A stretch of DNA of 64,000 nt, from positions 1,790 through 65,789 of the forward strand of contig JAZUPH010000073.1 in NCBI GenBank assembly GCA_045605145.1. The letters run 5' to 3'. This document shows, one piece after another, positions 18,284 through 27,563 of the stretch; positions within the stretch are counted from its first letter, which is position 1, and every line of letters starts with the position of its first letter. The notes beneath the pieces are model-generated. The model was not told the origin of the DNA, did not search any database, and was given only the letters and a program-made list of their open reading frames with translations. This stretch comes from Oscillospiraceae bacterium. Lineage in GTDB: Bacteria; Bacillota; Clostridia; Oscillospirales; Oscillospiraceae. The translations under genes were made by a program, and so were the position numbers.

Positions 18284-20773
18284 TCATTCTATCACCGGGA
18301 TAGTACCGGCCTTATATTCCTGATACAGACGGCTTTCCACATTGAGGCGGATAACATTTGCACAGCAGCGGTCAAGGTCGGTCTGGCTGATAGTGCCGTC
18401 GGCAATGCCGGCGAGAATATCCTCCACATCCTGGGGTGCGCCGGGCATGAGCATATCGTTGCCGGCGCTCATGGCCAGTGCATTGCTGCCCCTGTCGCCG
18501 CCGGTGGAGCGCCAGTCCGTCATGACCACGCCGTCAAATCCCCATTCGCAGCGCAGAACCCATGTAAGAAGATCGAAGCGGTTGGGTGCATAGACGCGGT
18601 TTATCTTATTGTAGGAGGTCATCAGTGACTTGGCGCCGCCCTCACGAACAGCAATGGCGAAGCCGCGCAGGTATATCTCCCTCAAAGCGCGCTCGTTGAT
18701 GTCGCTGGAGACATAGTGGCGGTTATCCTCCTGATTGTTGCAGGCGAAGTGCTTTATGGTCACATACTGTCCGCTGCGTTTCTGCACACCGCGGGTGACG
18801 GCGGCGGCCATTTTGCCGCTGATGAGCGGATCCTCACTGTAATACTCAAAATTGCGGCCGCACAGTGGGTTGCGCTGGATATTCATTCCGGGTGCCAGCC
18901 AGTAGGTAACACCATATTCCTCCATCTCGCGCCCGACGGCATCGCCCATCTGCTCAAGAAGGTCCGTGTTCCACGACTGGGCCAGGGCGGTGGCAACAGG
19001 GAAAGCGGTGGCATACTGATAAACTGTGCGGTCCCCCTCCTGCGGATGCTTCTCTATCCAGCCGGCAGGCACACCCAGCACCTGCTGCTCGGGACGGATC
19101 CTACCCTCAGCGGTTATGTAGGTCTCACGCCTTAGACGCAGACCGGCAGGGCCATCAGCAAGGGCGACATCAATAAGACCCTTATCCACAAAAGCCGAAG
19201 TGGTATGAGCGGCAGAACCGGTGGCAGAAAACCAATCTTCGCCGATGGCAGAGAACAGCTCCTCCTCACCCTTGCCCGAACCGATGACAACCTGCGCCCT
19301 CTCGCGGGGACTCAGCTGCGCCATTATCTCATCGACAAGGGGGCTTGAATACACGGGCGGGATCACATACTCGTGCCTTACTGTGGAAAACTCACCGCTA
19401 TCAACTGCAATATGCGGCACATCGGCGGGAATTGAGCGAAGGGTCGCGGGCGGCACGATCTCATCAACGGGTACCTCGGGGGTACAGACGGCGCAGCACT
19501 GCTCAGTAATTACCTCACTGTCAAGGGCAATGACCGCAACGGGCACATGCTTTCGGGAGCTTTCTCCCACATAAAGTACATAGTCGCCCGCCTCGAGGAT
19601 GAAGGCACTGCGCTGCTGGTCATAGGCGGCCAGCTGTGCCATGTCGAAGCTGAGTATCACTTCCGCGGTCTCGCCCGGCGCCAGAGTCGCGGTCTTTACA
19701 AAGGCGGCAAGGCTCTGTGCCTCGCGGGCCAGTTTTACAGTGGGACAGGACGCGTAAAGCTGCACCACCTGACGGCCGCTGTAAACAGCTGACAGATTGG
19801 TTACCACGGCACTCAGCTCAACGGTGCTTCCGCTGACTTTAACGGCACCCGGCGCAATATCGAAATCGGCATAGCCCAGGCCGTATCCGAATTCATAGCG
19901 GGGTTTGACGCTGAAGGTATCAAAATAACGGTAACCCACATAGATGCCGTCGCGGTAATATTCATGCTGAAGGTCGCCATTTCGATGGCTGAACTCATCG
20001 GCACAGTGCCAATCGGCATACTTCATGGGCCAAGTGGCTGCAAGACGGCCGGAGGGGCTGTATTTTCCGGTGATAATATCGGCGAAGGCTCTGCAGCCCT
20101 CCATCCCCTGCTGGCAGAGATATACAACGGCGTTGATCCCGGGGATATCGTCAACAAAGCTCATGTCAACAGACGCGCCGGAATTTATGACAACAATCAT
20201 CTTATTGTAGCTTTCGGCGCACAGACGGATGCTCTCATACTCCTCGGCGGTAAGCCCGAAGTCGTTATCCTCGATCTTTCTGTCGTTGGATTCGCCCGCC
20301 TGACGGGCAAGCACATAGAAGCAAAGCTCAGCTTGGCTTGCTGCAATATCCGCCGGGGTTACAGCGCGGCCGTTGGGATACTTAAAGGGATAGGCAAGGA
20401 AGCCCGGTTCGCCGCCGAAATCCTTATGGCCCACCTGCTTCATAAATTGGATATGCTCTTGCATTTTCACAGCAAACAGCTCGTCATAGTCATCCAGCCA
20501 GGCGTCGCCGCAAAGCTCAAAGCCTGCAGCGGCAAGACCTTCGGCAAAGGTAAGACTTGCCCGCTCATTAACTTCACCGCTTCCGGTGCCGCCCTTGATG
20601 GTACGGCGGACGCCCGCGCCAAACACCGCCGCCTTGCAGGGGGAAAGCGGCAAAGTGCCGTCATTTTCGAGAAGAACGATGCCCTCAAGCGCGGCGCGGT
20701 ACGCTACATCCCGGTTTTCCAGCTCTCTTGCTGAGGGGGTGCTGTCGAAAACAGCCTTGGTCCTTACTGCCAT
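18284..20773 (-). CDS. glycoside hydrolase family 3 beta-glucosidase, permuted domain order
   Basis: 829 aa. The nucleophile motif GFDGVVMTDW lies near the C-terminus, while the alpha/beta-sandwich (GGTGSGEVN) and FGYGLGY/Fn3-like parts are N-terminal. Confidence 0.88.
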   Translation of the reverse strand: MAVRTKAVFDSTPSARELENRDVAYRAALEGIVLLENDGTLPLSPCKAAVFGAGVRRTIKGGTGSGEVNERASLTFAEGLAAAGFELCGDAWLDDYDELFAVKMQEHIQFMKQVGHKDFGGEPGFLAYPFKYPNGRAVTPADIAASQAELCFYVLARQAGESNDRKIEDNDFGLTAEEYESIRLCAESYNKMIVVINSGASVDMSFVDDIPGINAVVYLCQQGMEGCRAFADIITGKYSPSGRLAATWPMKYADWHCADEFSHRNGDLQHEYYRDGIYVGYRYFDTFSVKPRYEFGYGLGYADFDIAPGAVKVSGSTVELSAVVTNLSAVYSGRQVVQLYASCPTVKLAREAQSLAAFVKTATLAPGETAEVILSFDMAQLAAYDQQRSAFILEAGDYVLYVGESSRKHVPVAVIALDSEVITEQCCAVCTPEVPVDEIVPPATLRSIPADVPHIAVDSGEFSTVRHEYVIPPVYSSPLVDEIMAQLSPRERAQVVIGSGKGEEELFSAIGEDWFSATGSAAHTTSAFVDKGLIDVALADGPAGLRLRRETYITAEGRIRPEQQVLGVPAGWIEKHPQEGDRTVYQYATAFPVATALAQSWNTDLLEQMGDAVGREMEEYGVTYWLAPGMNIQRNPLCGRNFEYYSEDPLISGKMAAAVTRGVQKRSGQYVTIKHFACNNQEDNRHYVSSDINERALREIYLRGFAIAVREGGAKSLMTSYNKINRVYAPNRFDLLTWVLRCEWGFDGVVMTDWRSTGGDRGSNALAMSAGNDMLMPGAPQDVEDILAGIADGTISQTDLDRCCANVIRLNVESRLYQEYKAGTIPVIE

Positions 20774-20892
20774 AAAATTGCTCCTTTCAGCATACGATCA
20801 GCATGTCGTACATATTGTTGGATTCATAATATCACAGTTTGTACGCCGGCGTACAGCACAAATTTTCCTGTTGCCGGCATATTTTTGCATAC

Positions 20893-20927
20893 ACGCAAAA
20901 AGAGCCGTCGATAACGACGGCTCTTTT
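20893..20927 (-). terminator. rplA terminator
   Basis: Minus strand AAAAGAGCCGTCG-TTAT-CGACGGCTCTTTT followed by TGCG. Confidence 0.8.
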
Positions 20928-20957
20928 AACGTTATTATGCAATAACTGATCGCGCTC

Positions 20958-21650
20958 TTACAGCTGCTTCTGGGCGTTGATTTTGACACCGGGGCCCATG
21001 GTGCTGGCGGTAGTGCAGGAGCGGATGTACTGACCCTTGGCGGCTGCGGGCTTGGCACGCAGAACAGCCTGGAGCAGGGTGTTGTAGTTGTCAAACAGCT
21101 TCTCGGGGCCGAAAGACACCTTGCCGATGGGGCAGTGGATGATGTTGGTTCTGTCCAGACGGTACTCAATCTTACCGGCCTTGATCTCGCTGATGGCGGC
21201 AGCCAGGTCACGGGTGACGGTGCCGGCCTTGGGAGAGGGCATCAGGCCCTTGGGGCCGAGGACACGACCCAGACGGCCAACCTGACCCATGACGTCAGGA
21301 GTGGCGACGACTACGTCGAACTCAAACCAGTTTTCCTTCTGGATCTTTTCCATCATATCCTGCAGACCGGCATAGTCGGCGCCGGCGGCGAGAGCCTCTT
21401 CAACTCTCTCCTCTTTACACAGGACGAGAACGCGGCGGGTCTTACCGGTGCCATGGGGCAGAACCACGGCGCCACGGACCTGCTGGTCAGCGTGACGGGA
21501 GTCAACACCGAGCTTGATGTGAAGCTCGACGGTCTCGTCAAACTTCGCATGGGGAAGCTTGCAGATGAGCTCAAAAGCCTCTGCTGCATCATACTGAACG
21601 CTCTTATCAACGAGCTTGGCTGCGTCTTTGTAATTCTTTCCTCTGAACAT
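20958..21650 (-). CDS. rplA: 50S ribosomal protein L1
   Basis: 230 aa, canonical L1 sequence. Confidence 0.97.
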   Translation of the reverse strand: MFRGKNYKDAAKLVDKSVQYDAAEAFELICKLPHAKFDETVELHIKLGVDSRHADQQVRGAVVLPHGTGKTRRVLVLCKEERVEEALAAGADYAGLQDMMEKIQKENWFEFDVVVATPDVMGQVGRLGRVLGPKGLMPSPKAGTVTRDLAAAISEIKAGKIEYRLDRTNIIHCPIGKVSFGPEKLFDNYNTLLQAVLRAKPAAAKGQYIRSCTTASTMGPGVKINAQKQL

Positions 21651-21654
21651 ACTA

Positions 21655-22080
21655 TTAGCCCTCCACTACGACGCCCATGCTGCGGGCGGTGCCTGCGATC
21701 ATGCTCATAGCGGCTTCAACGGAGCCGGCGTTCAGATCGTTCATCTTGGTCTCAGCGATCTTGCGCAGATCGTCCTGGGTCAGCTTGCCAACCTTATCCT
21801 TCTGGGGAACACCGGAGCCTCTCTCGATGCCGGCATACTTCTTGATAAGAACGGCTGCCGGGGGGGACTTGGTGATGAAGGTGAAGCTGCGGTCGGAATA
21901 AACGGTGATAACTACGGGGATGGTCATGCCCATATCGCCCTTGGTGCGCTCATTGAATTCCTTGGTGAAAGCGCCGATGTTGACGCCGTGCTGACCAAGC
22001 GCAGGGCCTACGGGGGGTGCCGGAGTTGCTCTGCCGGCGGGGATCTGAAGCTTTACGATCCCGGTAACTTTTGCTGCCAC
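21655..22080 (-). CDS. rplK: 50S ribosomal protein L11
   Basis: 141 aa, GTG start, canonical L11 ([21 protein letters not shown]). Confidence 0.97.
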   Translation of the reverse strand: MAAKVTGIVKLQIPAGRATPAPPVGPALGQHGVNIGAFTKEFNERTKGDMGMTIPVVITVYSDRSFTFITKSPPAAVLIKKYAGIERGSGVPQKDKVGKLTQDDLRKIAETKMNDLNAGSVEAAMSMIAGTARSMGVVVEG

Positions 22081-22206
22081 TTTTGTTTCCTCCTAATAAT
22101 TATGTGGTATCATGTGCCGCGCACATGTTTCGGCGGGATTTAATCCCTCCCACTTGCCGGGCGGTTGGCGGCCGCCGGCCGCATAACGGCCTTAGCCGAA
22201 ATGTCT

Positions 22207-22731
22207 TTAGTCGTCCATTACGACCTGCTCAAAATCCAGGTCGACAGGAGTTTCGCGGCCGAACATGGAGACGATAACGCGCATGCGCTCACGATCGACA
22301 TCCACCTCGTCCACGAGGCCATAGAATCCCTCGAGAGGACCGTCAATGACCTTGACGCGGTCACCGACATGGAAGGCCACAACGACCTCCTTCTTCTCCA
22401 TTCCGAGAGCGGCTATCTCAGCATCGGTAAGAGGGATAGCCTTGTTGTTTGCGCCAAGAAATCCGGTAACGCCGCGAATGTTGCGGACGATATGCCAGCT
22501 TTCATCGGTGAGGACCATCTTCACCAGAACATAGCCGGGGTAGATCTTGCGCTCAACCATTTTCACCTCGTTCTTGTCGTTGATCTCCTTAACAGTCTCC
22601 ATGGGAATGTTGACTGCCTGGATAAGATCCTGAACGTGGCGGTTTTCAGCGGCTTTCATAATAGATTCGGCCACTGCATTTTCGTAGCCCGAATAAGTGT
22701 GGACTACATACCAGCATGCTCCTTCGCCCAT
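22207..22731 (-). CDS. nusG: transcription termination/antitermination factor NusG
   Basis: 174 aa. NGN domain (WYVVHTYSGYEN) and C-terminal KOW. Confidence 0.95.
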   Translation of the reverse strand: MGEGACWYVVHTYSGYENAVAESIMKAAENRHVQDLIQAVNIPMETVKEINDKNEVKMVERKIYPGYVLVKMVLTDESWHIVRNIRGVTGFLGANNKAIPLTDAEIAALGMEKKEVVVAFHVGDRVKVIDGPLEGFYGLVDEVDVDRERMRVIVSMFGRETPVDLDFEQVVMDD

Positions 22732-22736
22732 TATCT

Positions 22737-23069
22737 TCAGCCCCCAATAAGAAGCAGCAGACTTACAAAGCCTGATGCCAGCTCATCGAAGCCCCAGACT
22801 ATGACAGCGCAGACGGCCATGACGGCAAGAGCGACCAGAGAGTTGTTGACCAGCTGCTTTCCGCTGGGCCAAACGACCTTTTTCAGTTCACTCTTCATGT
22901 CGCGGAACCACTTGGCAATACCGCGACCTACGCGCTTGAAGAAGCCGACCTTGCCATTGCGGGCCTCTTTAGCCTTGGCGTTGGCCTTGGCTCTGGCCTG
23001 CTCTTCGCGGCGGCGCTTTGCGGCTGCCTGCTTGGACTGTCTGGCGGCGACTTTTTCTTCTTTAGTCAC
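22737..23069 (-). CDS. secE: preprotein translocase subunit SecE (Lys/Ala-rich N-terminal extension)
   Basis: C-terminal ELKKVVWPS..TM segment. Located between rpmG and nusG. Confidence 0.85.
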   Translation of the reverse strand: MTKEEKVAARQSKQAAAKRRREEQARAKANAKAKEARNGKVGFFKRVGRGIAKWFRDMKSELKKVVWPSGKQLVNNSLVALAVMAVCAVIVWGFDELASGFVSLLLLIGG

Positions 23070-23081
23070 GCGGCGTCCTCC

Positions 23082-23255
23082 TTACTTGGTCTCCACATGC
23101 AGGGTGTGCTTGCGGCAGAACGGGCAGAACTTATTCAGCTCAAGCTTGTTGGGGGTATTGGTCTTATTCTTGGTAGTGTTGTAGTTTCTCTGCTTGCACT
23201 CGGGGCAGCGCAGAGTGATCTTAATTCTGGCTGCTTTTGAACTCTTAGAAGCCAT
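23082..23255 (-). CDS. rpmG: 50S ribosomal protein L33 (57 aa, absent from the ORF track)
   Basis: Hand translation: [67 protein letters not shown]. Confidence 0.9.
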   Translation of the reverse strand: MASKSSKAARIKITLRCPECKQRNYNTTKNKTNTPNKLELNKFCPFCRKHTLHVETK

Positions 23256-23352
23256 ATCTCGGCACCTCCATTTAAATTGCCTCCCTGCCTTGGATTACGC
23301 ATTTGAGCCAATTTGCGCACAAAAATAAGCCCCTTACGCGGCAGGTAGAGCT

Positions 23353-23381
23353 ACTATACCACTTTTTTAAACGCAGGTCAA
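23353..23381 (-). promoter_or_regulatory. sigma-A-type promoter for rpmG-secE-nusG
   Basis: Minus strand TTGACC, 17-nt spacer, TATAGT with TG extension. Confidence 0.55.
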
Positions 23382-23424
23382 TAACAAAATTAGAAAATTT
23401 TGAATTTTTTCGCCGCCTTCGGCA

Positions 23425-23453
23425 TTGAAAACGCAGGCTGTGGATTATATAAT
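23425..23453 (+). promoter_or_regulatory. sigma-A-type promoter for ruvX
   Basis: TTGAAA, 17-nt spacer, TATAAT. The spacer contains TGTGGATTA, a DnaA-box-like 9-mer with 1 mismatch. Confidence 0.55.
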
Positions 23454-23485
23454 GTATAGACAGCCAAAAACACAATGAGGTAATT

Positions 23486-23905
23486 ATGAGAACACTTGCA
23501 GTTGACTACGGTGATGTACGAACCGGACTCGCCGTGTCGGATCTGACCGGCACGCTGGCGGGCGAAGCGTGGACAGTGACACAGACAAATCCCGAAAAGA
23601 TGGCGCAGATCATCGCTGAGGAGGCGCAGCGCCGTCAGGTGGGACTTATCGTTGTGGGCCGACCGCTCAATATGGACGGCAGCGCGGGACCACGCGCCGA
23701 AAAGTGCGAGGCCTTTGCCGACATGGTACGCAAGTCCGTTGATGTTGAGGTGGTCATGTGGGACGAGCGCCGCACTACCGTTGACGCACTGCGTATTCTG
23801 TCCGATTCGGGCAAGAAGGGCAAAAAACAGCGCAGCAAGGTAGATGCCGTGGCCGCCGCGCTGATACTTGAAGGCTGGCTCAACGGTCCGGGACGGCTCC
23901 GCTGA
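23486..23905 (+). CDS. ruvX: Holliday junction resolvase-like RNase H-fold protein RuvX/YqgF
   Basis: 139 aa. N-terminus MRTLAVDYGDVRTGLAVSD. Confidence 0.9.
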   Translation: MRTLAVDYGDVRTGLAVSDLTGTLAGEAWTVTQTNPEKMAQIIAEEAQRRQVGLIVVGRPLNMDGSAGPRAEKCEAFADMVRKSVDVEVVMWDERRTTVDALRILSDSGKKGKKQRSKVDAVAAALILEGWLNGPGRLR

Positions 23906-23995
23906 TCGTGCGCGGCCGGGATATGCACTGTGTTTGATTTACGCCCTTTTCGGTTACAATAGCTGCACCATTAATTGGAAGCGGAGGTAACGAGC

Positions 23996-24262
23996 ATGAT
24001 AAAGGGCGTAAGCAAAAGGGTTGTGGTGGTCAAGTCCCCCGATACAAAACTGTTTGAAGAGGCGATTTTCCTTGTCCGCGATGACGCCGCGCACAAGGGC
24101 GTCACCAAAGAGGATCTGCTGAAAGAAGCAAGCCGGGTGGCTGGCGTGAGCCTGGACAGAGCAAAGCATGACCGGCTGGAAAAGCTGCGCCGCGCCGCCC
24201 CCCCTGCCCTTGCAGGCGCTGCTGCAACAGGCGCGCTGTGGCTAATAAGCAGCATCCTGTAA
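23996..24262 (+). CDS. hypothetical small protein with a C-terminal hydrophobic anchor
   Basis: Start at MIKGVSKR (ATG 23996) 7 nt after GGAGGT. No family recognised. Confidence 0.5.
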   Translation: MIKGVSKRVVVVKSPDTKLFEEAIFLVRDDAAHKGVTKEDLLKEASRVAGVSLDRAKHDRLEKLRRAAPPALAGAAATGALWLISSIL

Positions 24263-24275
24263 ACCGTCCCGTCCC

Positions 24276-24305
24276 TTGACAGGCGGTGGGGCATTAAATT
24301 ATGAT
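24276..24305 (+). promoter_or_regulatory. sigma-A-type promoter for the murT-like operon
   Basis: TTGACA, 18-nt spacer, TATGAT. Confidence 0.45.
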
Positions 24306-24343
24306 ACCTGTGGTCAAAAATCCGCAAACGGAGATACAGAGAT

Positions 24344-25735
24344 ATGAAAAAGAAGAATCTGCGCTTTTTTGTCGCCCTGTGGGGCGGAAAGCTGTCAATA
24401 ATACTGCTGAGGATGCTGCGGCGCAAGGCCTCCCATTTCCCGGGCGAGCTGGCGCTGAAGATTTGCCCAGACTTCCTGCAGCGCATTGGGCGCCCCAAAA
24501 CGGTGGTGTGCATCACCGGCACCAACGGCAAAACCACCACCAGCAATCTGTTGGGCGACATCCTGCGCATTAACGGCCGCAAAATCACCCACAACAGCTA
24601 CGGCAGTAACACCCCCACCGGCATTTCCGCCGTCCTTTTGGAGAATGCGGACCTGCTGGGCAGACCGAAGAACGACCTCGCCCTGCTGGAGACGGATGAG
24701 CGCGCATCTATCCATGTGATGCCCTACCTGAAGCCGGACATACTCATGGTAAACAATATGCTGCGCGACACCTTTAAGCGCAACGCCCACCCAGGCTTTA
24801 TCGCGTGGATCCTGTCAAAGGCCACCCCCGCCGAGACCAAGATCATCTATAACGGCGACGATCCGGAGTGTTACAGCATCGGCCTTGGCATCAATGAGCG
24901 CAGCAGCTTCTCGGTAGTCTGTCCCGATTTCGGCGGCTATCGGCCGGACAGCTTTGAGGAGCACCCCATCTGCCCCCAGTGCGGTCACGAGCTGGAGTAC
25001 ACTTTAAGGCGCTACAACCACATCGGTCTGCACCGCTGCCCCGGCTGCGACTGGGCTCCCCCTGCCCCGGACTACGCACTGACAGCGGTGGACAAGGAGT
25101 CCAACACCTTTACCATCAATGTAAAGGGCGAGGAGCGTACATATAATCTTATAAACGACAGTCTGGCAAACCTTTATAACTTCACCGCCGCAGTATCCGT
25201 GCTGGACAGCATGGGGCTGAGTGATGAGGAAATCCGATGCGGCTTTGAGAGTGCACAGATCGTCGCCTCCCGCTTTAAGCACTATGATGTATGCGGCCGC
25301 AGTGTATCCATGCTGCTCACCAAGGGGCAGAGCCCCGTGGCCTGCAACAATATGTTTGGCTATGTCACAGCCAAGGACGAACCCGGCAAGCTGTTGGTGC
25401 TGATGCTGGACGATGAGCATGACGCGGCAAACGATGTTGAGAATATGTGCTGGCTGTACGACTGCGACTATGAACGCTTCTGCGATCCGTCCATTGAGCA
25501 TCTTATCGTCGCCGGGCCCCGCTGTCTGGATCAGAAGCTGCGGCTCATGATCGCGGGCGTACCGGAAGAGAAGATGACCGTTCTGGACAGTATTGGAGCC
25601 GTCACACAGCAGGAAGAGCTGTACAAGGCCCAGAACATTTATTTCCTTTATGACATTTTTTCCGACAGCAGCGCAGAAAAACTGCGCCGCGCCATGGAAG
25701 AAGAGCTTAAAAAGAGAGAGGGGGACAGCATCTGA
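24344..25735 (+). CDS. murT: Mur-ligase-family protein, MurT-like (lipid II isoglutaminyl synthase ligase subunit)
   Basis: 463 aa. P-loop ITGTNGKTTTSNL, Cys4 ribbon CPQCGHE..CPGC, DUF1727-like C-terminus (CWLYDCDYE). Confidence 0.8.
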   Translation: MKKKNLRFFVALWGGKLSIILLRMLRRKASHFPGELALKICPDFLQRIGRPKTVVCITGTNGKTTTSNLLGDILRINGRKITHNSYGSNTPTGISAVLLENADLLGRPKNDLALLETDERASIHVMPYLKPDILMVNNMLRDTFKRNAHPGFIAWILSKATPAETKIIYNGDDPECYSIGLGINERSSFSVVCPDFGGYRPDSFEEHPICPQCGHELEYTLRRYNHIGLHRCPGCDWAPPAPDYALTAVDKESNTFTINVKGEERTYNLINDSLANLYNFTAAVSVLDSMGLSDEEIRCGFESAQIVASRFKHYDVCGRSVSMLLTKGQSPVACNNMFGYVTAKDEPGKLLVLMLDDEHDAANDVENMCWLYDCDYERFCDPSIEHLIVAGPRCLDQKLRLMIAGVPEEKMTVLDSIGAVTQQEELYKAQNIYFLYDIFSDSSAEKLRRAMEEELKKREGDSI

Positions 25736-26451
25736 TGGCAGTTGTTGAGTTCCTTTATCCCGGTGCCGGCAATCTGTACGGTGAGTCGGGCAACAATGCG
25801 TATCTGAGGGCAAGGCTGCAGGATGCACTGTTCGTGACGGACACCATGGGAAATGAGCCTTGGTTCGTGCAGAATACCCCCAATATGATCTTTATGGGAT
25901 CCATGACCGAGCAGGCGCAGGAGGCATCCGTCCGTTTGCTCACGCCGTATAAGGACAGGCTGTTTGAGCTTATTGAGGGCGGCTGCGTGGTCATCGCCAC
26001 GGGTAACGCGTGGGAGATATTTACGCAGGAGATCTGGTTCAAAAACGACGACAGGCATGTACCCTGCCTGGGGCTTCTGCCCCTTACGACACAGACGGAC
26101 TATTTTGCCCGCAACCACGGCAAGGTGCTGGGCAAGTATAGGGATCTGAATATAGTAGGATACCACGCACGCTTCTCTCAGGTGTTCGGGGATGTCTCTC
26201 AGATGGCTTTTATTGATGTTTTAAAGGGCGAGGGCATGAACAAGGACAGCGCCGTGGACGGCGTGCGATACAAGAACTTCTTCGGCACTCATCTGCTTGG
26301 TCCCATGCTGCCCACCAACCCCGATTTGACAGAGTACTTATTGAAGCTGGCCGACATACATGAAGCTGCACCCCAGCCGCTCTTATCTGCGGCGATGGAT
26401 GCAAAGCAGCGCCGTCTGGAAGAGTTCAGCAAGCCGGGGATGAAATACTGA
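25735..26451 (+). CDS. GatD-like CobB/CobQ-type amidotransferase-fold protein, apparently lacking the catalytic Cys and His
   Basis: 1-nt overlap (TGATG) with murT. Collinear with S. aureus GatD from memory, but the nucleophile elbow reads VIATGNAWEIF and the YLHGP equivalent reads HLLGP. Confidence 0.7.
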   Translation: MAVVEFLYPGAGNLYGESGNNAYLRARLQDALFVTDTMGNEPWFVQNTPNMIFMGSMTEQAQEASVRLLTPYKDRLFELIEGGCVVIATGNAWEIFTQEIWFKNDDRHVPCLGLLPLTTQTDYFARNHGKVLGKYRDLNIVGYHARFSQVFGDVSQMAFIDVLKGEGMNKDSAVDGVRYKNFFGTHLLGPMLPTNPDLTEYLLKLADIHEAAPQPLLSAAMDAKQRRLEEFSKPGMKY

Positions 26452-26452
26452 T

Positions 26453-27247
26453 ATGGCAAATGATAAGCTGCGCCCCTTTGAGGGCTTTACAAAAGAGGAT
26501 GCGCTGAACATAAAGTGGCTGTTGTGCGACATTGACGACACCATTACCACTAACGGCAAGCTGACCAAGGCATCCTACGGAGCACTGTGGGACCTGCACG
26601 AAGCGGGCATCGGCCTTATCCCGGTGACGGGCCGCCCCGCCGGCTGGTGCGACATGATAGTGCGCGAATGGCCGGTGGACGCCGTGGTTGGCGAAAACGG
26701 CGCCTTTGTAATGTACTTTGACGGACCTGAGCTCAAGCGCTATCTGCACCCAAATGTCGCGCCCGATGCGCAGGAGCGGCTGGTAAAAGTGCGCGATGCC
26801 GTTCTGTCCGCCGTCCCGGGCAGCCGCGTTGCCAAAGATCAGTTCTGCCGCATATATGATCTGGCGGTTGACTTTGCGGAGGATGAGCCCCGGCTCCCCC
26901 TGTCCGCGGCGGAAGAGATCAAGGCCGTGTGCGAAAGTTTCGGCGCGGTGGCAAAAATAAGCTCCATACATGTTAACGCGTGGTTCGGAAGCTACGACAA
27001 GGTGAGCATGGCACAAATGTTCTTTAAGAATGTACTCGGCATCGGAGATATGACCGATTGTGCCATATTCTTCGGCGACTCACCCAACGATGAGCCAATG
27101 TTCCGTCTGCTGCCTATGAGTTGTGCAGTGGGCAACATCCGCCCATTTGTCAGCCGTATGTCACACCTGCCCTCTTGGGTGACCGACGGCTGCGGCGCCG
27201 AGGGCTTTGCAGAGGCTGTCTCCCACATACTGCGTCTGCGCGCCTGA
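26453..27247 (+). CDS. HAD-IIB family hydrolase (sugar-phosphate phosphatase-like)
   Basis: 264 aa. DxD motif LLCDIDDTITT, late GDSPND motif. Starts 1 nt after the GatD-like stop. Confidence 0.75.
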   Translation: MANDKLRPFEGFTKEDALNIKWLLCDIDDTITTNGKLTKASYGALWDLHEAGIGLIPVTGRPAGWCDMIVREWPVDAVVGENGAFVMYFDGPELKRYLHPNVAPDAQERLVKVRDAVLSAVPGSRVAKDQFCRIYDLAVDFAEDEPRLPLSAAEEIKAVCESFGAVAKISSIHVNAWFGSYDKVSMAQMFFKNVLGIGDMTDCAIFFGDSPNDEPMFRLLPMSCAVGNIRPFVSRMSHLPSWVTDGCGAEGFAEAVSHILRLRA

Positions 27248-27296
27248 AAGCTGCGCCGGCACGGCGTACCCTTAATATAACTAAATAACTAACAAT

Positions 27297-27335
27297 ACCG
27301 GTTGGTTCCGCTTGAGCAGGACCAACCGGTTTTTA
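27297..27335 (+). terminator. intrinsic terminator of the murT-like/HAD operon
   Basis: 12-bp stem ACCGGTTGGT(T)CC/GGACCAACCGGT followed by TTTTTAT. Confidence 0.8.
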
Positions 27336-27439
27336 TATTATCCGCTCCCCTGCATCCCTGTATCACGGCGCAAGCCAAGTTCGGATGACACCACATCGTC
27401 TTATGTCAAGCTGCAGCCAAATATGACAAAAAGCCCCAT

Positions 27440-27563
27440 TGTGGATAGATTGTGGAAAGGTATTTCAGGAATTTAAAGCACTTTCCACATGCTGTTTACA
27501 TAATACGCCCGTCTCTGTGGATGCCTGAATTTTTTAAGGAAAAATATTCGGAAATTTTCCACT
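27440..27563. promoter_or_regulatory. cluster of five DnaA-box-like TGTGGA/TCCACA 9-mers
   Basis: TGTGGATAG, TGTGGAAAG, CTTTCCACA, TGTGGATGC and TTTTCCACT (1-2 mismatches to TGTGGATAA/TTATCCACA) within 125 bp, upstream of the LysM gene. Confidence 0.35.

Noticed and set aside
22081-22206. L1/L11 autoregulatory leader upstream of rplK
   Set aside because: GC-rich palindromes are present (GCGGCC-GGC-GGCCGC, CGGCTAAGGCCG), but I could not verify the 23S-like L1-binding motif by eye. It is left uncalled.
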